Position numbers and translations under genes: made by a program
The notes under the pieces: model-generated
Told to the model about the DNA's origin: nothing
The model's database searches: none
The model's input: only the letters and a program-made list of their open reading frames with translations
Shown: positions 49,574-57,987 of the stretch, in pieces
Layout: each line of letters begins with the position of its first letter
How positions within the stretch are numbered: position 1 is the stretch's first letter
Assembly (NCBI GenBank): GCA_900317475.1
Contig: ONGY01000001.1
Location: 52,759-116,758, forward strand
Direction: 5' to 3'
Source of the DNA: an uncultured Lachnospiraceae bacterium
GTDB taxonomy: Bacteria > Bacillota > Clostridia > Lachnospirales > Lachnospiraceae
DNA: 64,000 bases

Positions 49574-49807
49574 ATCGTATCCTTCTTATTTCTGCTTCTT
49601 TCCGGAAAAATCCGGATGGGCTCCGAATGGAATCCGAATGAATGGAGCAGTTTATGAAATCATCCGCCGCTGTCAGTATGATATACTTATTTACGACTGC
49701 CGCCTCTTCCGTGGGAGCTTTTGCGAATCGAACATACGAGCGGACACAGATCAAGTATAGCGTGATTGAAAGAGATTCTCAAATTATCAAAGACAGGGTG
49801 TGAGGAT

Positions 49808-51247
49808 ATGCGCATGAAAATCAAGCCGACAAAAACACAATGGACCTGGGGCATCGTTGCGTTCTGGACGACGGTCGGCGTTCTGCTTGTCTATTATCTG
49901 ATCTTTCACTTTAATTCCCTGGCCAGCGGCATAAGCAGTCTCAACAGCTCTATGGCCAGCATCTTTTTCGGAGTCCTGTTTGCCCTGATCCTGTCGCCCT
50001 TGGTGAACTGGTTTGAGAAAAAAATACTGATCCCAAAGTATAAGAGAAAGGGAATTGATATCGGAGAAGGAAATATTAACGGCAAATATTTCCGCCGCAT
50101 GCGCAAATGGTCCGTCTTCTTTACGGAGCTTGTTTTCATCCTGATTCTTGCGCTCCTGGTTTTTCTGATCGTACCTTCTACTGTTGACAGTGTGTTCAGC
50201 ATCGCAGACAATATCCAGGTCTATATCCGAAATCTCACACGGTCTGTCAATGAACTTCTTGAATCCATCAAAAATTCGGATTTCGGAGAGAGATCCGGAA
50301 CGGATGAGAGCACTGAGTTTTTACAGGATTTCTTCAATTCTGCCGGAAGCAAAATCAGTTCTTATATCAGTTCGACCCTCCTGCCGGATATGAGCGATAT
50401 CTTAAAGAAAGTATCTGACAGTGTAGTTCAGGTAGTAAGGAATCTCTTTAATATATTTGTCGGCATTATTGTTTCCTGTTATCTTCTGTATTCCAAAGAG
50501 AAGATGGCAGGCCAGTTCAAGAAACTGGGGTATGCCCTGTTCAGGGAAGAAACAGCCAATGACATCATCGCAGGCTTTCGCTTTGTGAAGAATACCTTTG
50601 TCGGCTTTTTCTCCGGCAAAATTCTGGATTCCATTATTATCGGGGTCCTGTGTTTCATCGGGACGACCATCATGCGGATCCCCTATGCAGGTCTTGTCAG
50701 TACAGTGGTCGGAGTCACTAATATTATTCCGTTCTTCGGACCGTATATCGGAGGCATTTTCGGAGCTCTTGTGCTGGTGCTGATTGATCCTCTGAAAGCT
50801 CTGTATTTCCTGATTTTTATCATCTGCCTTCAGCAGTTTGACGGAAATATCCTCGGGCCGAAAATTCTGGGAAATTCGACCGGCATTTCAAGTTTCTGGG
50901 TTATTTTCTCCATCATGCTGTTCGGGGCAATGTTCGGATTCGTCGGCTGGATTGTAGGTGTGCCAATATTCGCTGTGATCTACACGTGGGTGAAATATTT
51001 TGCGGACCATCAGCTCGAGAAGAAAAACCTTCCCACCGACACCGCTGTTTATTCCGAGTCGGCATATATTCGCGGCGGTGAAGTTCATTCCCTGCAGGAG
51101 AAAGTCGACAGCCGTTATGTTCCGAAGATGCAGCAGAGTCCGCTCCGCATGCTTTTTGGAAGAGGCGAAGGGAACCGTAAACCGGAAAAGGGGAGCGGAG
51201 AAGAAAGTTTTGACGATCACGATAAAAAACCGGAGGAGAAGGACTGA
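49808..51247 (+). CDS. AI-2E family transporter
   Basis: Multi-TM; [57 protein letters not shown]. Confidence 0.92.
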   Translation: MRMKIKPTKTQWTWGIVAFWTTVGVLLVYYLIFHFNSLASGISSLNSSMASIFFGVLFALILSPLVNWFEKKILIPKYKRKGIDIGEGNINGKYFRRMRKWSVFFTELVFILILALLVFLIVPSTVDSVFSIADNIQVYIRNLTRSVNELLESIKNSDFGERSGTDESTEFLQDFFNSAGSKISSYISSTLLPDMSDILKKVSDSVVQVVRNLFNIFVGIIVSCYLLYSKEKMAGQFKKLGYALFREETANDIIAGFRFVKNTFVGFFSGKILDSIIIGVLCFIGTTIMRIPYAGLVSTVVGVTNIIPFFGPYIGGIFGALVLVLIDPLKALYFLIFIICLQQFDGNILGPKILGNSTGISSFWVIFSIMLFGAMFGFVGWIVGVPIFAVIYTWVKYFADHQLEKKNLPTDTAVYSESAYIRGGEVHSLQEKVDSRYVPKMQQSPLRMLFGRGEGNRKPEKGSGEESFDDHDKKPEEKD

Positions 51248-51702
51248 TGCGATTTGTAATTCAGCGCGCCAGGAATGCGTCTGTGGATATTGACGGCAGA
51301 AGAGTCGGCGCAATTGACCGCGGATTCATGGTGCTGGTCGGAATTTCCGATTCAGATACGGAAGAAATTGCGGACAAGATGATCTCGAAGATGATCCGTC
51401 TGCGTATTTTCGAGGACGAGAACGGAAAAACGAATCTCGATCTTCAGGCAGTGGACGGACGGCTGCTTATAGTCTCTCAGTTTACGCTGTATGCGGACTG
51501 CAGGAAGGGAAACAGACCGTCTTTTATTCGGGCAGGTGCGCCGGATCATGCTGAGCGGATGTATGAGTATATTCTGCGCAAATGTGGCGAGTATGTCCCG
51601 GACATACAGCATGGTGAATTCGGAGCGGACATGAAGGTGACTTTCACAAACGACGGACCTTTTACGATTGTCCTGGATTCGGATGAGCTGGGATATTCAT
51701 AG
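51247..51702 (+). CDS. dtd: D-aminoacyl-tRNA deacylase
   Basis: [39 protein letters not shown]. Confidence 0.97.
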   Translation: MRFVIQRARNASVDIDGRRVGAIDRGFMVLVGISDSDTEEIADKMISKMIRLRIFEDENGKTNLDLQAVDGRLLIVSQFTLYADCRKGNRPSFIRAGAPDHAERMYEYILRKCGEYVPDIQHGEFGADMKVTFTNDGPFTIVLDSDELGYS

Positions 51703-52074
51703 ATTCCGAAGTTGGATGATACGGAATATTTTTCGTCCATAGTCTGGATGAGCAAAAAATATCAATACGTATTGGACCGGAATAAGACGAAACGTTCACG
51801 AAGGCATGGATCACTGCTGACAGATCCGGTACAGGCAGGGCTGACGGCAGAGACAGACCGGGTCGGTCGAAAAGGATTCAAAGAGACTTTTTCGCAATTA
51901 AATGACCAAATGGATCATTTTTGTTATATTTTTACTCCACAGATGATGTGAAATGTTTTAAAATCTGACTGTCACCATAAATGGTACATGTGTTAAATTT
52001 CCGCCATGTGCAAGATAAATATGCAGCGGAAAAAACCATCACCATCTGTTCTGTTTTCTTATAAAGAGGGGCAT

Positions 52075-53382
52075 ATGATTAAGTTACGAAGCTTTGGAAA
52101 GAAGATTGCAGCTGCGCTGCTTGCTGCGGCCATTATTCTTGCGCCGGTGATGACCGGGGCCGGATCTATGAAAGCGGAAGCGGCTGGAAGACTCGACACC
52201 AGCAAAAAGGGACTCCTTCTTGAGTCCACACTTGCGGGCAATACGAATTACCTCAAGGAACTCGGGGTAAAACAGGTTACCTACAATCTTCCGATCGGGA
52301 CGCTCTGCGCGAACGGGGATTATCCTTATACCTATAAAGGAAAGAAGTATTATTTCAACCGCGGCATCATCGGCCAATATGATGCACTTGTCCCGATGCT
52401 CAATAAGAACGGCATCTCGGTGACGCTGATCCTCCTCAACAACTGGGCAGGAGATGCAACCCTGATTCATCCGCTTTCCAGAGATTATACCGGTGCCAAT
52501 TATTATGCGTTCAATACTTCAGAGCAGGCCGGTATGGACAAGCTCGAAGCAGTTGCGCAGTTCCTTGCCGGAAGATATTCCGGGCAGTATGGAACAGTTG
52601 ACAACTGGATTGTCGGCAACGAAGTCAATGCCCGTCTTGAATGGAACTATATGACGGCGGGAGCGGGCCTTACAGTTGCCGCACAGGAATATGCCAAGGC
52701 ACTCCGCCTGTTTTACAGTGTCATGACATCACACAATCCAAATGCACGTGTCTATGCCTGCATCGATCATGAGTGGGCGTCATCGGACAATGCGGCTGCA
52801 CATTACAGCGGCAAGCAGTTCCTTACCGCAATGCAGGCATATATCACGCAGACCGGAAACTTCAATTACGGAGTTGCGGTTCACCCATACAATGCACCTC
52901 TGTACAAGGCTCAGAGCTGGGACGGCGGGTCTCTTGCACCGAGAAACCAGAATGCACGTTTTGTCACCATGGCAAATATCAGTGTCCTTACCGACTTCAT
53001 TCAGCAGAAGGCATTCCTTCAGACGGATGGACAGGTTCGTTCGGTTCTCTGCTCAGAACTCGGTTATACTTCTTATCCTTTCGGAGGCTACGTAAGCGAC
53101 TACAACATTCAGTATGCCGCTTATGTGTTCGGATACCTGCAGGCACAGAACAACCAATACATCGACGGCTTCTTTGCCCGTGAATGCGATTCTCCGCAGG
53201 AGGTCGCCATCGACGGTATGGCTTCCGGACTTCTGACTACGACGGACTATAAGACATTCACTAAGAAGCCCGCTTATACCGCATATGCAAATATTGACAA
53301 TCCGAATCAGCGTCAGGCTGTCATTAACAATGCAAGCGCGATCGTCGGAACCGATATTACATCGCTGATCGAGAGCCGCTGA
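52075..53382 (+). CDS. Secreted DUF5722-like protein, predicted clan GH-A glycoside hydrolase fold
   Basis: Signal peptide ending AEA; SKKGL, WIVGNEVN, AVHPY, SELGY; start ATG 52075 with RBS AGAGGGG. DUF number recalled, not searched. Confidence 0.7.
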   Translation: MIKLRSFGKKIAAALLAAAIILAPVMTGAGSMKAEAAGRLDTSKKGLLLESTLAGNTNYLKELGVKQVTYNLPIGTLCANGDYPYTYKGKKYYFNRGIIGQYDALVPMLNKNGISVTLILLNNWAGDATLIHPLSRDYTGANYYAFNTSEQAGMDKLEAVAQFLAGRYSGQYGTVDNWIVGNEVNARLEWNYMTAGAGLTVAAQEYAKALRLFYSVMTSHNPNARVYACIDHEWASSDNAAAHYSGKQFLTAMQAYITQTGNFNYGVAVHPYNAPLYKAQSWDGGSLAPRNQNARFVTMANISVLTDFIQQKAFLQTDGQVRSVLCSELGYTSYPFGGYVSDYNIQYAAYVFGYLQAQNNQYIDGFFARECDSPQEVAIDGMASGLLTTTDYKTFTKKPAYTAYANIDNPNQRQAVINNASAIVGTDITSLIESR

Positions 53383-53391
53383 CCCCGCAGA

Positions 53392-53425
53392 CTGCCCGGC
53401 CTCACTGAAGTGAAAGGCCGGGGCA
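53392..53425 (+). terminator. GC-rich hairpin after the DUF5722-like gene (no U-tail)
   Basis: CTGCCCGGCCT...AGGCCGGGCAG, 11-bp stem. Confidence 0.5.
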
Positions 53426-53767
53426 GATGATGAAAAAAGATCCGTATTCTCTGCATAGATATTACATGTGTTTTCGCAAGTAACACATGAATCCTCACAG
53501 AGAATACGGCTTTTTATATAACACCAGCGATCCTGCGCAGACAGCACGGATTATTGCGCATATAAGCGGTTTTAATTCTTTGCGGGAATGCGGATTTTTT
53601 TTGTTTTACATGCAATTTGCTGAAATTCTGACGGAAAAACGCCGGCAGGTGTTACTATTAATATGAATACACAGAGCCGGCGGATCGGACCAGATCCTCA
53701 TGAACAGATCTGCCGTGCGGTCAGAATGAAGACCAGTGCTGACTGGAAAAAGCAGAGGAAACGAACG

Positions 53768-55246
53768 ATGAGAGAGTGGACAAGAGAAGAGAAATATCGT
53801 GTGCTGAAGGATCCACAGGAGCTTTGGCAGCTGCATGAGAAGACTGTTCAATCGGACTTCCGCCAAACTTATCACATCCAGTCGGTCACCGGGCTGATGA
53901 ATGACCCGAATGGATTTGTATGGCATGACAATAAGTGGCATCTTTTTTATCAATGGTGCCCGTGGGGTGCCGTGCACGGCCTCAAATACTGGTATCACAT
54001 CGTCTCATCTGACCTCGTTACATGGAAGAATCTTGGCGTCTGCCTGATGCCGGACCGCGAATATGACAATAAGGGTGCCTATTCCGGATCTGCCATGCCA
54101 ATCGGAGATTCGCTGTATCTTTATTACACAGGAAACAGCCGCGATGAGAACTGGGTGCGTCACCCGTACACCTGCCTCGCGAAACTCCGGGATGACGGAT
54201 GGACGGAAAAGTATCCGCTCCCGCTGTTCGGACCGAATCCGGATTATACGGAACATCAGCGCGACCCGAAGATCATTTATGTTCCGGAAAAACATAGCTA
54301 TTACATTATTCTCGGCGCACAGACAAAGGATAAGAAGGGATGTGCCCTGATCTACAGGAGCGAAGACCTGCTGCACGGATGGGTTTTCGCGGGTCAGCTG
54401 AAAGTTCCGGGATTCGAGGATTTCGGCGACATGTGGGAGTGCCCGACGATCGAGAAAATCGGCGGAAAAGAGATTTTGATGTTCTGTCCGCAGCACCTGG
54501 AGATCGCCGGGCGCGGAGGTTCCCGGAACCACAATGGATATATTATCGGCAATATGGACTGGGACAGCCTTACATTTCAGCCTGTCACCCGTTTCCATGT
54601 ACTGGACTTCGGGTTCGACTCATATGCGGCTGCCTGTGCCAACAACGTGCGCGATCCCGAGAAGGCGATTCTCGTGGCCTGGATGGGGCTTCCGGACAGC
54701 AGTTATCCGACGGATGAAGAAGACTGGCAGGGATGCCTCACGCTCCCGAGGGAACTGCGTATCCGCGGGCGCAGACTTGTACAGCAGCCGCTGCCGCAGC
54801 TCAAGGAACTTCGTGACCGTGAAATCGATGTCACGGGAGCGGAAAACGGAGAGATCAGTCCGCTGCCGCGTGTCTGTGAGATGGAATTTTACTGCCGGCC
54901 CGGCGATTACAGCCTGTGTCTTTTCTGCGGGGCTTCCGGGGACGGCGGCCTGCGGCTTGATTTCAGTCAGAACAGACGGGAAATCACAATTGACCGCTCA
55001 GGCATGCAGGTGCGTTTTAATGAGAACCAGGGTGAATCCAGAACGCGAAAACTGGACAATGGACTTACGCATCTTCGCATTTTCATTGACCGGAGCAGCA
55101 TCGAAATCTTCGTGAATGACGGTGACGCCGTTTTTACGTCGCGTGTTTTCCCGAAGGAAGGCGAAAACTGTTTCCGCGTGAGCGGCGACACATTCCTTCG
55201 CATGTGGACCCTGAAACCGGCTATCCGCGATGATTTCGTTATCTGA
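53768..55246 (+). CDS. GH32 sucrose-6-phosphate hydrolase / beta-fructofuranosidase
   Basis: GLMNDPNG, WHLFYQW, GAYSGSA, RDP, MWECP, SSIEIFVNDG; no signal peptide; ATG 53768. Confidence 0.95.
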   Translation: MREWTREEKYRVLKDPQELWQLHEKTVQSDFRQTYHIQSVTGLMNDPNGFVWHDNKWHLFYQWCPWGAVHGLKYWYHIVSSDLVTWKNLGVCLMPDREYDNKGAYSGSAMPIGDSLYLYYTGNSRDENWVRHPYTCLAKLRDDGWTEKYPLPLFGPNPDYTEHQRDPKIIYVPEKHSYYIILGAQTKDKKGCALIYRSEDLLHGWVFAGQLKVPGFEDFGDMWECPTIEKIGGKEILMFCPQHLEIAGRGGSRNHNGYIIGNMDWDSLTFQPVTRFHVLDFGFDSYAAACANNVRDPEKAILVAWMGLPDSSYPTDEEDWQGCLTLPRELRIRGRRLVQQPLPQLKELRDREIDVTGAENGEISPLPRVCEMEFYCRPGDYSLCLFCGASGDGGLRLDFSQNRREITIDRSGMQVRFNENQGESRTRKLDNGLTHLRIFIDRSSIEIFVNDGDAVFTSRVFPKEGENCFRVSGDTFLRMWTLKPAIRDDFVI

Positions 55247-55318
55247 GTGATTTCGCAATTTAACTGAGATTGATTTCTTATTCCGTTATATGACTTGAGG
55301 CAGTCCTGGGCGGTTTGA

Positions 55319-55390
55319 AAAAAGACAAATAATAAGCAAAGCCAAAAAGACAAATAATAAGCAAAGCCAAAAGACAAATACAAATAATAA
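55319..55390. repeat. 25-bp tandem repeat (2 full copies plus a degenerate third)
   Basis: AAAAAGACAAATAATAAGCAAAGCC at 55319 and 55344, then AAAAGACAAATA-CAAATAATAA. Confidence 0.92.
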
Positions 55391-55420
55391 AGAATTGACG
55401 TAACAGAGCGTTGACTAATG

Positions 55421-55478
55421 AAAAAAGGATCCAACTATTCGTAAAACAAGCCTTTTGCGAATAGTTGGATCTGCTTTT
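55421..55478. terminator. Long-stem bidirectional terminator at the +/- gene convergence
   Basis: GATCCAACTATTCG (55428-55441) / CGAATAGTTGGATC (55458-55471), inner AAAA/TTTT pairing, A6 on the left and T4 on the right. Confidence 0.8.
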
Positions 55479-55529
55479 ATACAATGCTCTGCCGCTGTTG
55501 TTTTACGTTACACAAGCGGCTGTGAAATA

Positions 55530-56115
55530 TCAGTTTTTCTGGGCTCCGCGTGCCTCGAAGTCATCCACAAGCTGTGTGATGAGTTTTACCGAGCCTTCTA
55601 TACCGAATGTAATAGTTGTAATAGCTCTGGCGCTGTTTATCCTTTTTGTTCATGAAGTCACGCGCTTTGTCCGGAGTATCGATGTCGCTGAAACGCTTCA
55701 TGATGTAATTGATCTTGAACTGCTCGCTGGCGTGAATGAACAGATTCAGAACATCCTTGCGCTCACTCAGAGCATAATCGCTGCAGCGTCCGACGATGAC
55801 GCACGGTCCCTCATCGGCAATCTTGCGGATCGTGTCAAACTGTGCGAGAAATACTTTCTGGCTCATCGGCATGTCTACATACGAGGATGCATTGTAGCCA
55901 AAGGAATAAGTATCCATGACCAGGTTGTAAAGGAAAGAATTTGTCGGCCGTTCATCCTGCTGGCGGATCATCTCTTCGCAAAAACCTGATTCTTTTGCCG
56001 ACCGTGCCAGGAGTTCCTTATCATAACATTTGATACCGTAGTGGTCAGCGACCAGCTGTCCGATTTCGTGCCCGGCGGATCCGAATTGCCTGCCAATTGT
56101 GATTATAGTATTCAT
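55530..56115 (-). pseudogene. Cytidylate kinase-like family protein, frameshifted by an internal deletion near the 3' end
   Basis: MNTIITIGRQFGSAGHEIG, VIVGRCSDY, DKQRQSYYNYY in one frame; the expected C-terminus TFGIEGSVKLITQLVDDFEARGAQKN* lies in another frame ending at 55530. Confidence 0.75.
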
Positions 56116-56143
56116 AGTATGCCTTTCCGCCGCATTGACAGCG

Positions 56144-56200
56144 GCATCCGGGATTAGCATCCAGATAGCATCCGGGATGTATCTGGATGCTATCCCGGAT
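56144..56200. repeat. Nested direct/inverted AGCATCC(G/A) repeats in the 5' leader of the cytidylate kinase-like gene
   Basis: ATCCGGGATTAGCATCCAGAT / ATCTGGATGCTATCCCGGAT with a further AGCATCCGGGAT copy in the loop. Confidence 0.85.
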
Positions 56201-56308
56201 ATCAGCCGTCAAAACACGTTTATATTCGGACGGCTTCCCAAAATCATGAAACTCTTCTGCCCCTTCTCGTGTTCCAGATTTCAGAAAATTGGGCCTTTCA
56301 ATACTAAT

Positions 56309-56337
56309 ATTATAAATTCTATAATCGATTCATGCAA
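56309..56337 (-). promoter_or_regulatory. Sigma-A promoter of the cytidylate kinase-like gene
   Basis: Minus strand TTGCAT, 17 nt, TATAAT. Confidence 0.8.
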
Positions 56338-56494
56338 TAAAAAAGACTGAAATATACAATTTTACAGCGCAAATTATAGGATTTGTAGGTGAAATAGTCA
56401 CAGATGATGTAGACTGCAGAGGATTCAGGCAGACAAAGTAAAAAAAATAAGAGACTGGGAGGAACAGAGGCGGAAGGTTTCCGGGAAGCGGCGC

Positions 56495-57421
56495 TCACTG
56501 CGTCCGAAGCTTCCGCAGCAGTTCTTTAAAATATTCCGGGAGCGGGGCCTGTGTTTCAATGTATTTTCCCGTCACAGGATGAACGAACCCGAGGATCATT
56601 GCATGCAGGCACTGGCCCTGAAGGCCCGAAAACGGGCTTTTCTGCCCGGAGGCATATAATGTGTCACCAAGAAGAGGATGCCCGATATGGGCCATATGGA
56701 CGCGAATCTGATGGGTCCTTCCGGTTTCAAGTGCGCACTCGATGTACGTGTAGTCACGGAACCGTTCAAGTACACGCACATGGGTGACGGCAGGCTTTCC
56801 CTGAGGAGCCGGTACAACCGCCATCTTCTTACGGTCCTTCGGATCGCGGCCGATGTTTCCGGAAACGGTAAGAGTATCCTCTGCAATTCTTCCGCAGACA
56901 ATTGCACGGTAGCGGCGCACGATGGTGTGCTCCTTCAGCTGTTCGGCAATTTTACGGTGTGCGTTGTCATTCTTGCAGATGATGACGGAACCGGTGGTAT
57001 CTTTATCGATGCGGTGTACGATTCCGGGACGCAGGACGCCATTGATGCCGCTCAGATTCTTTCCGCAGTGATACAGGACTGCGTTCACGAGCGTTCCGCT
57101 CCAGTGCCCGGGAGCCGGATGTACGACCATTCCCTTGGATTTGTTGACGACAAGAACATCGCTGTCCTCATAAAGAACATCGATCGGAATATTCTCCGGT
57201 TCGATGTCAGGAATAATTTTATCCGGAAGAGAGAGATCAATCTCATCGCCCTCGGACACGCGCAGGCTGTTTCTTGCCGGCCCGCCGTTCAGCTTCACAT
57301 TCCCGTCCTTTATAAGTTTCTGCAGATACGTTCTTGACTGATCCGCGAGAAGAAGCGCCAGACAATGGTCGAGACGCTCTCCTTCTTCCTCTTCTGTTAT
57401 CTGGAAATGGTATTCAGTCAT
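56495..57421 (-). CDS. RluA/RluD family pseudouridine synthase
   Basis: S4 domain, VNKSKGMVVHPAPGH, RPGIVHRIDKDTTG, ETGRTHQIRVHM; after lspA as in Firmicutes. Confidence 0.95.
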   Translation of the reverse strand: MTEYHFQITEEEEGERLDHCLALLLADQSRTYLQKLIKDGNVKLNGGPARNSLRVSEGDEIDLSLPDKIIPDIEPENIPIDVLYEDSDVLVVNKSKGMVVHPAPGHWSGTLVNAVLYHCGKNLSGINGVLRPGIVHRIDKDTTGSVIICKNDNAHRKIAEQLKEHTIVRRYRAIVCGRIAEDTLTVSGNIGRDPKDRKKMAVVPAPQGKPAVTHVRVLERFRDYTYIECALETGRTHQIRVHMAHIGHPLLGDTLYASGQKSPFSGLQGQCLHAMILGFVHPVTGKYIETQAPLPEYFKELLRKLRTQ

Positions 57422-57987
57422 GAATGTTCTTCACCGCTCTTCTGCCGGCTGCTGTTTTGGTTCTTATCGTCGTTTTTCTTTCCCCGGATAGTCTGATAAT
57501 CGTCTTCCCTGTAATAGAAAAGAAGAAGAACGACGAGGACGGTGGTCATCACAGTTACATAGATGTCTGCCACGTTAAAAATCGGAAAGTCGATGATGGA
57601 GAAATAGATGAAATCACGCACGTAATGGAGCGTGATCCGGTCGATGAGATTGCCGGCAGCTCCGGCGGCTATGAAAACAAGGCATATTCTGGCCGGACAA
57701 TAGCGGGATGATCCCGGAAGACGGTAAAGAAGCACGAAAATGATCACGACTGCTGCCGTTGCGATGATCATGAAAATCCACTGGTGTCCGGAGAGCATAC
57801 TGAACGCCGCCCCGACATTCTCAAGATAGCGAAGCTCAAGAACGCCGGGGATCATTACGAACGGCGCTTTTCCCTTCAAGGTGTCCACTGCGTGCTGCTT
57901 TGTTGCAAGGTCGAACAGCACGAGCGCCGCGAAAAGAATGAATTCGAATAAAGTCCTTTTCAGTTTGCCGGTATTATTACGGCTCAT
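57418..57987 (-). CDS. lspA: Lipoprotein signal peptidase II
   Basis: DLATK, NVGAAFS, GAAGNLIDR, VRDFI, PIFNVAD. Confidence 0.95.
   Translation of the reverse strand: MSRNNTGKLKRTLFEFILFAALVLFDLATKQHAVDTLKGKAPFVMIPGVLELRYLENVGAAFSMLSGHQWIFMIIATAAVVIIFVLLYRLPGSSRYCPARICLVFIAAGAAGNLIDRITLHYVRDFIYFSIIDFPIFNVADIYVTVMTTVLVVLLLFYYREDDYQTIRGKKNDDKNQNSSRQKSGEEHS

Noticed and set aside
51712-51951. 79-aa ORF after dtd
   Set aside because: TTG start without RBS, no recognisable motif, AT-rich 3' end; probably non-coding.
53555-53575. LacI/ScrR-type operator (ATAAGCGGTTTT) upstream of GH32
   Set aside because: Poor symmetry and no regulator nearby; not distinguishable from chance.
55319-55390. CRISPR array
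   Set aside because: Repeats are head-to-tail with no spacers and there are no cas genes.
56276-56290. CodY box (AATTTTCTGAAATCT on the - strand)
   Set aside because: Two mismatches in an AT-rich motif; no comparable boxes seen at the ilv/leu promoters where they would be expected.
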